A stretch of DNA of 64,000 nt from an uncultured Gammaproteobacteria bacterium (lineage in GTDB: Bacteria > Pseudomonadota > Gammaproteobacteria > SZUA-229). This document shows positions 26,997 to 35,994 of the stretch, piece by piece. Position 1 is the first letter of the stretch, and each line of letters opens with the position of its first letter. The notes under the pieces were generated by a model. That model had not been told where the DNA came from. It was given only the letters and a program-made list of their open reading frames with translations, and searched no databases. The position numbers were made by a program, and so were the translations under genes. The stretch spans positions 6,309-70,308 of the forward strand of contig CAWEEC010000092.1 of assembly GCA_963807785.1 (NCBI GenBank), given 5' to 3'.

Positions 26997-28658
26997 TTAC
27001 TGCTCATCTTCATTTGAGCCACTCTCGATCGCCTGTGCAGTATTCAGCTTCTTCTTGTTTTCTGTCTGCAGTTCTTCAAGTAAATATTTTCTATATTCCT
27101 TGAAATCACCGGTCAAACTTGCGTCATGAGTAACGACGGGGCGAATAAAAATGACCAGTTCTGACTTAACATACTCGTCTTGCTGATATCTGAACAAGGC
27201 GCCAAGAAATGGAATGCTGGATAATAGCGGAACACCGGTTATCGATTTGTCAATCTGGTCCTGCATAAGACCGCCGATAACAGCGGTATCGCCATTTTCT
27301 ATCTTAAGAACTGACTCGATTTCACGTACCTGTATTATCGGTATCTCGTTGGTAACGCCTGCATCGGCCAGTGCGGGATTCGGGTCCTTGACGAATCCAA
27401 TGATGCGTGAAATAGTTGGTCTGACATTCAGCGTTACCACATCGTTCTGATCAATATAGGGCGTCACGGTCATAACAAAACCAACCGGTACCGTATTAAC
27501 ATCAGTATCTACTGCCACTGCAGAATTTTGATTTACAGCCCCGGGAACCGCCTCAACTTCGACATTAAAGTAAACCTCGTTATCGACCACCTTCAATAAT
27601 GCGCTTTGATTGTTAATCGCCATTACTTTTGGGCTTGACAGCACTTTCACATCACCAAAGGTTTCTAGCGCCTTTAATGTAACGTTCAGTGGATTACCAT
27701 TTACACTATCGGCAATATTGAGCGAAAAGAAAGGTGTCTGGCCCAGATTACCACCGAGCAGGTCCTGGGTAACCGATGCATTCGGATCGCTGGTTACAAA
27801 TGACCAGTCAATACCTGCCTGATACTTATCACTTAACTTGACCTCGGCAATGGTTGCTTCGATGAGTACCTGCCTTTGTACACTGTCGAGCACCTTGTCG
27901 ATAAAACTCTGTATCTGCACATGCTGTTTTGCGGTTGCGTTCACCGCAATCATGCCACTTTCTCTATTGACGATAATGTTTTCGCTGGTATCAACATCAT
28001 TACCCTTGCTGGATTTAACCTTCTCACCAATCATTTTCGCGATATTTATCGTCAGCGTTTTCCAGAATTGATTGTTCGATGTATTCTCTACAAGTGAGCT
28101 GGAATTATTTCCGCCTTTCTCACCGCCGCCACTTTGACCACCCTCAACATTGCCACTACCGGTTGATTTTATCTCGGATGAAATCTCAACCGTACCCGTA
28201 CTGATGCGTGACATATTCAGATAGTCGATGTTGTAGATTTTCAGATGTGGCTTGTCCGCCTGCACACGTAATGTGCCGTCAAGCAGATGATATCGAATGT
28301 TGGCCTGTTGTGATATTCGGTCAAGAATTTTTGGTAACGTCTGGTCAATAGCATTCATAGTGACGTTACCTTCAATATCATTTTCTATATCGAGATTAAG
28401 CTTTGCATCTCTGGCCATTGAAAACAGCAATTCGCGAATTGGCACATCGTGCACAACTACTGTATATGTTTCGAGGTTAGGCCTTTGCACCGGCATTGGC
28501 AGCACTGGTACGCGCGAGATAGCTTCCGGAATGTTATCCATAGCAGGTGCATCGATCATCAAGTGGCCATCAGACACATCCGGAGGATTGGATGCCCCAC
28601 ATCCGGCAATCATCAATAGCCCGAAAATTAAACTGCTTTTTATTATTATAATGTTCAT
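26997..28658 (-). CDS. secretin (GspD/PilQ/MshL family) lipoprotein
   Basis: Lipobox LLMIAGC after the ATG 28658 start. The C-terminal secretin domain (VLSSPKVMAINNQSALLKV...VPLLSSIPFLGALFR) is clear. Confidence 0.9.
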   Translation of the reverse strand: MNIIIIKSSLIFGLLMIAGCGASNPPDVSDGHLMIDAPAMDNIPEAISRVPVLPMPVQRPNLETYTVVVHDVPIRELLFSMARDAKLNLDIENDIEGNVTMNAIDQTLPKILDRISQQANIRYHLLDGTLRVQADKPHLKIYNIDYLNMSRISTGTVEISSEIKSTGSGNVEGGQSGGGEKGGNNSSSLVENTSNNQFWKTLTINIAKMIGEKVKSSKGNDVDTSENIIVNRESGMIAVNATAKQHVQIQSFIDKVLDSVQRQVLIEATIAEVKLSDKYQAGIDWSFVTSDPNASVTQDLLGGNLGQTPFFSLNIADSVNGNPLNVTLKALETFGDVKVLSSPKVMAINNQSALLKVVDNEVYFNVEVEAVPGAVNQNSAVAVDTDVNTVPVGFVMTVTPYIDQNDVVTLNVRPTISRIIGFVKDPNPALADAGVTNEIPIIQVREIESVLKIENGDTAVIGGLMQDQIDKSITGVPLLSSIPFLGALFRYQQDEYVKSELVIFIRPVVTHDASLTGDFKEYRKYLLEELQTENKKKLNTAQAIESGSNEDEQ

Positions 28659-28710
28659 TAATTTACCAAGTACAAAATGCGCATCAATCATGCTTGCTCA
28701 TGTCACAGGC

Positions 28711-30135
28711 TTAACTGCTTGACTCAAGATCCTTCCTAAGTGCACTAACACGGCGCAAGAACGGCTTGCTAGCCTTCATGTCTGCCGGCAGATTTTGAAG
28801 TATGGAACGGGCAGTTTGTCTCGAATCAAAATCGTTATACAGAACACTGTACATACGACTTCCTCCGATTCTAGTTTCATAGACATAAATCTTTTCAAAA
28901 TCAAGGAGATCGGATGGGCCGCGCAGAAAATCCTCAAGCGCTTTTGCGTCTGCGATGCGTGTCATGAAGAGCTGGATACTGTAGTGTTCATCATCAACTG
29001 CTGACAGCCATTTTTCTGTTTCACTGAGACGCTGATCAAGTAACGTGGGCCTGATTCTGCTCTTATTATTTGTTTCACTGCTGCCTGTTTTTTCCTCTAC
29101 TAATGCATCAGCCACCGCCATTGTTTTAGTTGTTATCGTCATGGCTGACGTTGCATTACCATTATCACTGTTGTGTACAGACTGTTTACTTTGAGACACA
29201 GGCATAACCGATACCTGTTCTATACCCGGTCCAATCCAGCCCGGTATCATTGACCCGACCCAAACTGCCAGTAACAAAGCGGCAATCACTCCGCCGGTCA
29301 TAAACACAGGTCTATAACTAGTCCCCTTTCTAAAATCACTATCTTTGGCTGCGCTGGCAACATGCCCGACCTTGACTTCATGACTGCCCTCGGAGAACGA
29401 GGCCATCAGGGACTTGTCAGCAATGATATTTATACGTCTGGATAAGCCACTTGAATATTTTTCAACAGCACTGGCCGTGCGCTGATTGAACAGGCTGGGC
29501 CCCCGGTAACCAACGGACCGCAGCCTGAAGTTGAGATAATCCAGGGTATCTTCCGGCGGGAACGGATCCAGATAAAAACTGTGCGTAATCCTTTCTTTCA
29601 ATTGCCTGATCTGTGGCTGCGCCAGCTTGTCATCCAGCTCGGGTTGCCCGAACAGCACCATTTGCAGAAGTTTGTGCTGATCAGTTTCAAGGTTACTCAG
29701 TAAGCGAATTTCTTCCAGCGTTTCCACAGGCATGCTCTGCGCTTCTTCAACAAACACAACCACCTGGCGATTGTCTGCGTGCTTCTTCAACAGGTAGCCC
29801 TGCAGTTTCTGCATCACATCGAGTTTACTATCATCGTTTCTTACCCCCAGATTTAGCTCATGTGCAATTACATGCAGGATATTATCCGGGGACAGGCTCG
29901 GGTTCGCTATATAAACAACGTCTACGACGTCTGACAGCTTCACTTCCAGCATACGACACAACATCGTCTTACCACTGCCAACCTCACCAACAACTTTAAT
30001 GATGCCCTCACCCGAATTTATTGCATAAATCAATGCTTCCAGTGCAGCACCACGCTTGCTACCTTCAAAGAACATGCTGGTGTCAGGCGTTATTTTGAAC
30101 GGCGACCGATCGAGTCCGAAATGCTCAAGATACAT
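28711..30135 (-). CDS. ExeA/GspA/MshM-family AAA ATPase with TM segment and C-terminal SPOR-like domain
   Basis: MYLEHFGLDRSPF..., Walker A GEVGSGKT, Walker B VVVFVEEAQ, and a TM helix at ~aa 285-305. The C-terminus YSIQLFMTRIADAKALEDFL...YSVLYNDFDSRQTA has a SPOR-like pattern. Confidence 0.85.
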   Translation of the reverse strand: MYLEHFGLDRSPFKITPDTSMFFEGSKRGAALEALIYAINSGEGIIKVVGEVGSGKTMLCRMLEVKLSDVVDVVYIANPSLSPDNILHVIAHELNLGVRNDDSKLDVMQKLQGYLLKKHADNRQVVVFVEEAQSMPVETLEEIRLLSNLETDQHKLLQMVLFGQPELDDKLAQPQIRQLKERITHSFYLDPFPPEDTLDYLNFRLRSVGYRGPSLFNQRTASAVEKYSSGLSRRINIIADKSLMASFSEGSHEVKVGHVASAAKDSDFRKGTSYRPVFMTGGVIAALLLAVWVGSMIPGWIGPGIEQVSVMPVSQSKQSVHNSDNGNATSAMTITTKTMAVADALVEEKTGSSETNNKSRIRPTLLDQRLSETEKWLSAVDDEHYSIQLFMTRIADAKALEDFLRGPSDLLDFEKIYVYETRIGGSRMYSVLYNDFDSRQTARSILQNLPADMKASKPFLRRVSALRKDLESSS

Positions 30136-31581
30136 TTAATTGCTCCCCAGTTTTTGTACTCTGCTATACAACGTGGTTCTATTTACATGCAGGGCTTCAG
30201 CTGCCTTGCTGATATTATTATTATATTTTTCCAGCGCAATACGTATACAGCGACTTTCTATATCACTGAGTAAATCATCAAGCTTCAATTCACCCGCTTC
30301 AATTTTGCCTACAATATATTCATCAGTGAGAGACGGGCTTAATTCGTTCAGAGCCTCGGCTGACAGTTGCGTCTCGAGCTCTTCATTCAGCTGTGCATAT
30401 GTCACTACGCTTCCCGGATACTTGGTGCCCAGCCGAATAACAATATTTCTTAATTCTCTAACATTACCCGGGAATGCATAGCTCTCCCAAAGTTGTATTG
30501 CTTCGTTATCAAAGGTGAACGGTGATACCGTATCAGCATACATTTGCTGAAAATGATCGAGCAACAGCTGCTTATCTTCCTCACGATCACGTAGCGGCGG
30601 CATGCTGATGTGTAATATGCCAAGGCGATGATATAGATCCGCCCTGAAATAACCTGTCGACACTTCTTCACTCAATACCTTGTTAGTTGCCGCAACGATA
30701 CGGGCATGTGACTGGTGCACCCTGGTTTCACCGACGCGGTAGAACTCACCTGTCTCCAGTACGCGCAACAACTTGCTTTGCAGTTCCAGGGGCAGCTCGC
30801 CGATCTCGTCCAGAAACAAAGTGCCTTTGCCCACCTCGATAAAGAAGCCCTTGTGCTCCTGATCAGCGCCGGTAAAGGCACCCTTTCTATGGCCAAATAG
30901 CTGCGCCTCGAGCAAATCGGGCGCGATCGACGCGCAATTGATTACCATGTTGGGTTCATTTTTACGCTTGCTACTTTCATGCAGTGCTTTTGCTATCATT
31001 TCCTTGCCTGTTCCCGATTCGCCTTCGATCAATACCGGAAATGGCGAGTCGGCAAACTGCTGTATCTGGTTGTGCACTGCTTCAATGGCGGCACTGCAAC
31101 CAATGAGACGGCTTTGCGCTTGGGTTTCACGCTTGATATCTATCGCATGCAATCGCTGTTGATGTTGCAAACGACTCAGCAGCAGGTCAGGATCTGCCGG
31201 TTTGGCAATAAAATCAACCGCACCCAATGTCAATGCATGCTGGATATTGACGTCATTATCCTGCCCGGACAGAACCAGAATTTTCATATGGGGATTTTTT
31301 GTGATGAGCTCTCGAATCAGCTCGAAACCTTCGTCAGGTTTGTGCGGAAAAGGCGGTAACCCAAGATCCACCAGCGCAATGTCCGGACAAAGCTCAGGCG
31401 CAGACACCCGGCTGATGGCCGCATTCCTGGTATCCGCAACGATCACCTGGTAGTGCTTGCCCAGCATGAAACCAAGGCTCTCCGCTATTAATGGATCATC
31501 ATCGACCAGCAGTAGTGTTGATTTGTGCGCTATTTCCGATTTCATCGCGGTTTCAGGCATACTACGCCCCGTTTTTAGCAA
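30136..31581 (-). CDS. sigma-54-dependent response regulator (PrsR/PilR-like), first gene of the filament operon
   Basis: REC domain with VDLGLPPFPHKPDEGF, AAA+ domain with GESGTGKE and GAFTGA, and a C-terminal HTH. Its stop codon directly abuts the exeA-like ATG. Confidence 0.9.
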   Translation of the reverse strand: MLKTGRSMPETAMKSEIAHKSTLLLVDDDPLIAESLGFMLGKHYQVIVADTRNAAISRVSAPELCPDIALVDLGLPPFPHKPDEGFELIRELITKNPHMKILVLSGQDNDVNIQHALTLGAVDFIAKPADPDLLLSRLQHQQRLHAIDIKRETQAQSRLIGCSAAIEAVHNQIQQFADSPFPVLIEGESGTGKEMIAKALHESSKRKNEPNMVINCASIAPDLLEAQLFGHRKGAFTGADQEHKGFFIEVGKGTLFLDEIGELPLELQSKLLRVLETGEFYRVGETRVHQSHARIVAATNKVLSEEVSTGYFRADLYHRLGILHISMPPLRDREEDKQLLLDHFQQMYADTVSPFTFDNEAIQLWESYAFPGNVRELRNIVIRLGTKYPGSVVTYAQLNEELETQLSAEALNELSPSLTDEYIVGKIEAGELKLDDLLSDIESRCIRIALEKYNNNISKAAEALHVNRTTLYSRVQKLGSN

Positions 31582-31607
31582 TTATGTTGACCATCTACCA
31601 TATATAG

Positions 31608-31635
31608 CAGAACACACTATTAATAATGTGTTCTG
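31608..31635. promoter_or_regulatory. 9-bp perfect inverted repeat in the divergent regulator/trmL promoter region
   Basis: CAGAACACA-N10-TGTGTTCTG, 27-54 nt upstream of the first ATG of the sigma-54 activator gene. Confidence 0.4.
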
Positions 31636-31683
31636 GGCGTATTTACGGTCATCGAATTTAAATATAAAAGATAAACTCCAGCC

Positions 31684-32154
31684 ATGTTCAATATCGTGTT
31701 GTACCAGCCAGAAATACCGCCCAATACTGGCAATATTATCCGCCTGTGCGCGAATACCGGCTGCCGGCTTCACCTGGTTGAACCGCTGGGTTTTGACTTG
31801 AATGAAAAGAAGCTGCGCCGCGCCGGGCTGGATTACCACGAGTGGGCAGATATCGAAGTCCATCCTGACCTGGCATCGGCGTGCAGCTCGGCAGGCAATA
31901 TTTATGCGCTATCAACCCGGGGCACGCAGACATATAACGAGGCGCTATTCCGGGCCGGCGATACCCTGGTTTTCGGGCCCGAAACGCGGGGCTTACCCGA
32001 CAGTTACCTGGATACAATCGCCCGACACAGGATTCTTCGCATTCCCATGCTCAGGCACAGTCGCAGCCTGAACCTGTCAAACGCGGTAGCCGTGGTGGTT
32101 TACGAGGGTTTGCGCCAGAACAATTTTGCTGACGAGGCGATAGAACTGCGCTAG
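31684..32154 (+). CDS. trmL: tRNA (cytidine/uridine-2'-O)-methyltransferase TrmL
   Basis: 156 aa, SPOUT family: MFNIVLYQPEIPPNTGNIIRLCANTG...LNLSNAVAVVVYE. Confidence 0.92.
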   Translation: MFNIVLYQPEIPPNTGNIIRLCANTGCRLHLVEPLGFDLNEKKLRRAGLDYHEWADIEVHPDLASACSSAGNIYALSTRGTQTYNEALFRAGDTLVFGPETRGLPDSYLDTIARHRILRIPMLRHSRSLNLSNAVAVVVYEGLRQNNFADEAIELR

Positions 32155-33164
32155 ATCAGTTCGGCGATGGATTTTCGCTCCAGTAGTGAACGCACCGCGT
32201 CATGCGGGTGAAAGCCTTCATACAGTACTTTATGCACCTGCTCGATGATGGGTAATTCGACGCGAAATTTCTGGCCCAGTCTCACTGCTTCCAGCGATGA
32301 ACGTACACCTTCTATCTCCTGGCCGATTTCTGCAGCAATCGCCTGTTTACTCAGGCCTTTCGCCAGCAGCAAGCCGGTACGGCGATTTCGCGACTGATCT
32401 TCAGTGCAGGTCAGTACCAGGTCACCCAATCCGGCCAGCCCCATAAAGGTGTCACGTTTGCATCCCATGGCATCACCGAGACGCATAATCTCGGCCAGGC
32501 CTCGAGTAATCAGGGCGGCCCTGGAGTTGGCTCCAAAGCCAAGCCCGTCAGCGATACCGGCGGCAATAGCCAGCGGGTTTTTGAGTGCGCCTCCGAGCTC
32601 AACACCGGCGATATCATCGCTGGTGTAAGCACGAAAGTAGCCATTGTGCAGGCAGTCACGCCACTCATTGGCGACCACCTCGAGATTTGCTGCGATGGTA
32701 ATCGCCGTGGGCAAATCACGCGCAACCTCCTTGGCAAAAGTCGGGCCGGAAATCACTGCCAGCTTGCTGCACTGGGGAATTTCTTCGGCAAAAATTTCGT
32801 GCAACAGCTTACCGGTGCCCTCTTCAAGGCCCTTACTGGCCCATGCAACGGACATGCCTTCATGGAACAATGATGAGGATGAATTTAAAAACGACCGATA
32901 GGCATGGCTGGGTATAACTAACAGCACCAGCAGTTCACCACCGTGCAGTGCCTGTTCGAGGCTGGAATAAAGCTCCAGATTGTCGGGAAACGCGACATCA
33001 GGCAGGTATTTCTGGTTGCAACGATCCTGCTGCAGGTGCTCGACATGCTCCGGGTGATTACCCCAGAGCCTTACGTTTAATCCTGCCCGGGCCAGGTGAA
33101 TAGCGAGTGCGGTACCCCATGATCCCGCTCCCAGAACAGTAACGGTTTTATGTTGCGTACTCAC
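32151..33164 (-). CDS. gpsA: NAD(P)H-dependent glycerol-3-phosphate dehydrogenase
   Basis: 337 aa: VLGAGSWGTALA..., typical GpsA across the full length. Confidence 0.95.
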   Translation of the reverse strand: MSTQHKTVTVLGAGSWGTALAIHLARAGLNVRLWGNHPEHVEHLQQDRCNQKYLPDVAFPDNLELYSSLEQALHGGELLVLLVIPSHAYRSFLNSSSSLFHEGMSVAWASKGLEEGTGKLLHEIFAEEIPQCSKLAVISGPTFAKEVARDLPTAITIAANLEVVANEWRDCLHNGYFRAYTSDDIAGVELGGALKNPLAIAAGIADGLGFGANSRAALITRGLAEIMRLGDAMGCKRDTFMGLAGLGDLVLTCTEDQSRNRRTGLLLAKGLSKQAIAAEIGQEIEGVRSSLEAVRLGQKFRVELPIIEQVHKVLYEGFHPHDAVRSLLERKSIAELI

Positions 33165-33173
33165 AAAGATTGC

Positions 33174-33665
33174 TTAATGGGCCGTATCCTGAGTGGCCGC
33201 GGCCGCCTGTTGTTGCTGCTGAGCCTGTTGCATATACAGGGCATTGAAGTTTACCGGTGCGAGTAACAACGGCGGGAAACCACCCTTGCCTACCAGTTCG
33301 GCAACGGCTTCACGCGCAAACGGAAACAGGGTTTCCGGGCAGAATGCGCCCAGCATTCCTCTCAGGTTTTCCTGGTCAAAGCCAGCGATGGTGAAAATGC
33401 CTGACTGCGTCAATTCAACCAGAAAAGCTGTTTTCTCGCTTTGCTTTGCTGTGACGGTAATTTTCAGATCGACCTCAAAGGTATCCTTGCCGATGGACTG
33501 ATTGGAACTGTTCAGCTGAATATTAACTTCAGGCTGCCATTCGCCATCAGCAAAAACGGTAGGCACATTGGGCGACTCGAATGATACGTCTTTCAGATAG
33601 AGCTTCTGAATCGAAAATTGCTGCTCCTGGGCTTGCCCTTGTGCTGGTTGATTTTCCTCGGCCAT
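33174..33665 (-). CDS. secB: protein-export chaperone SecB
   Basis: 163 aa: FSIQKLYLKDVSFESPN...LFPFAREAVAELV. Confidence 0.95.
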   Translation of the reverse strand: MAEENQPAQGQAQEQQFSIQKLYLKDVSFESPNVPTVFADGEWQPEVNIQLNSSNQSIGKDTFEVDLKITVTAKQSEKTAFLVELTQSGIFTIAGFDQENLRGMLGAFCPETLFPFAREAVAELVGKGGFPPLLLAPVNFNALYMQQAQQQQQAAAATQDTAH

Positions 33666-33694
33666 GATGATGTCTCTAGATTGTTGTTTGATGT

Positions 33695-34120
33695 TTATTT
33701 TTTGGTGAGCGGCAAATTTGCATCTTGCCAGCTCAGAATCCCACCAGCCAGATTATGCACATTACTGAAACCCGTACGCTTTAGAATTTTACAGGCTTTA
33801 CCTGAGATATTGCCACTGCGGCAATACGCCAGTACGGGCTTGTCCTTGTCTTTTGCCAGTGCGTCAAGCTGGCTTTTTAATGCTGACATCGGAACATTTC
33901 TGGCATTCCTGATATGACCGTTAGTGAAATCCGCGGCCTCGCGCACATCAAGTACGACCGCATCATCATTGTTCATTAGTCGAATTGCCGCCGTCGGCTC
34001 TATCTGATTTGCCCTGCCGGTCTGGTGTTCATACTCGGCCTTGATGACCAGAAGCAAAACCACGACGAAGGCACCAACCAGTAACAGATTATTGCCCGCA
34101 AATTCGATTAACTGTTCCAT
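33695..34120 (-). CDS. membrane-anchored rhodanese-domain protein (YibN-like)
   Basis: N-terminal TM helix and a rhodanese domain with the active-site loop CRSGNISG. Confidence 0.85.
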   Translation of the reverse strand: MEQLIEFAGNNLLLVGAFVVVLLLVIKAEYEHQTGRANQIEPTAAIRLMNNDDAVVLDVREAADFTNGHIRNARNVPMSALKSQLDALAKDKDKPVLAYCRSGNISGKACKILKRTGFSNVHNLAGGILSWQDANLPLTKK

Positions 34121-34163
34121 AGAACCAGGATCAAGTTGTATTACAAATCAAGCCAGAACAGGC

Positions 34164-34499
34164 TTAATCATGTATCTTTTTGGCGGAACAAAACACTTCC
34201 TGCATCATGCCTATCAGGCGCAGTGTACGCGTATCACTCACACGATAGAAAACCTTGTTAGCATCCTTGCGTGAAGCGAGTATACCTTTATCACGCAGAA
34301 TAGCGAGATGCTGGGAAATATTGCTTTGTGATGTTCCCACCGATTCGACAATATCCTGTACACTCACTTCCTGATCACCCAGTGTACATAGTATTTTAAG
34401 TCTTAGCGGGTGGGACATGGCCTTGAGGGAACGGGATGCTCGATTGATGTCCTCTTCACGAGTCATCAAAACTGTATTTTCAAGATTTGCAACATTCAT
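34164..34499 (-). CDS. ArsR/SmtB-family transcriptional regulator (two-Cys, BigR/SqrR-like layout)
   Basis: LKAMSHPLRLKILCTL...QSNISQHLAILRD wHTH. Cys residues lie in helix 2 and near the C-terminus. I prefer ATG 34499 over the longer ORF in the track. Confidence 0.8.
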   Translation of the reverse strand: MNVANLENTVLMTREEDINRASRSLKAMSHPLRLKILCTLGDQEVSVQDIVESVGTSQSNISQHLAILRDKGILASRKDANKVFYRVSDTRTLRLIGMMQEVFCSAKKIHD

Positions 34500-34671
34500 C
34501 TTTAGTGTAACCTGGCAAGAATTATTTATAATTATATAAGTAAACAACAATACAATAATACACAATTTTAATTCAAAAAAAATACCAATTATCAGAAAAT
34601 AGGCAAGATTTTATATATTCTTTACTGGCGCAGTTCGCCTTGTTGTAATTTCAGAGCAACATAAAACACAT

Positions 34672-35869
34672 ATGTACCTTCGTAACAGATCCATAAACGT
34701 CATCAATATACTGTTATTTTCTCTGTTATTTCTTCAAACACCGGTTTTTGCCGCAGACAAAGTAGAATTTGAACGCTATCAGAAAAAGCTGGAGAAGGTT
34801 CAACAAAGTATCGACAAGGTAAAAAAACACCTGAAGAGCACACGCTTCAAGCGTGGCCACGTGGTAACGGAGTTACAACAGCTCGAAAGCGAGATCAGTA
34901 AAAACGCCTCGGCGCTGAAACAAACCGAGGAGAAAATCGAAAGCCTGAATAACAATATATCAGACCTGCGCGGCGACCTCGGCAAGCTCAATAAAAAGCT
35001 GAAAACACAGCGCCAAAGCCTGGCGGAGCAGGTTCGCACAGCGTATGCCATCGGTCATCAGCAACAGGTAAAAATGCTGTTAAATCAACAAGATCCAGCT
35101 GAAATGGGGCGGGTTATGGTGTACTTTAATTACCTTAATCGTGCGCGCAAGCAGCAGATCAGTGATTTTCTTGACAGTATCGCTGAAAAACAACGGACTA
35201 GAAGATGAACTGAAGACGGCACTGCACGAGCACCAGGAAAGCCTGAATAAACGCAAAAAACAGAAAAATTCACTTCTTGGTCAAAGACTTAAGAGAAACC
35301 GGCTGCTCGCCAGACTGGAACGCAAAATCAACAATCAGGAGAAAAACCTCACCGAGCTCGAAGGCAGTCGTAATCGAATCGAAAATTTGCTGATGTCGCT
35401 GGGTGAGCTGCTGGCAGACATTCCACCAGGACCATCAGATTCACAGCCTTTCAAACAGCAGAAGGGAAAGCTGCCATGGCCCGCATCCGGCCCATTTCTC
35501 GCCACCTATGGTGAAACGCGCAATCAGGGCGGTTTAAAATGGAATGGCGTACTGATCAGCGTAGCCCATGGCAGCCCGGTTCGCGCTGTGAGTCGTGGCC
35601 GGATCGCATTTGCAGACTGGCTCCAAGGCTTTGGTTTTATTACGATTATTGACCATGGCGAGGGATACATGAGCCTCTACGGGCATAATGAAACCCTGAT
35701 AAAGCAGGCCGGTGACTGGGTCAATGCGGGCGATGTTATAGCCACCAGCGGCGACAGCGGGGGACAGCCAATGCCCGGGGTTTATTTCGAGATACGCTCA
35801 AGGGGCAAACCGGTCAATCCCGGCAGCTGGTGCTCCAGAAAGGCCGCGCACAGGGCCAGTGTTAAATAG
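34672..35869 (+). pseudogene. envC: EnvC-like murein hydrolase activator (coiled coil + LytM/M23 domain), interrupted by one +1 frameshift
   Basis: Two overlapping ORFs, 34672..35208 and 35141..35869. The span is 1198 nt (3n+1). Deleting one A from the A5 run at 35186..35190 would restore a single frame. The M23 domain is intact. Confidence 0.85.
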
Positions 35870-35994
35870 CCTGCCATCGGGAACCAGTAGACGTTCGATA
35901 GCTCTATATATAATAATGTGAAATCCAGATACGAATTTGATGGTAACTGGGCTATAGTAGTGAGGTACAGGGCCATGTCGGCCTGGAGATATTC

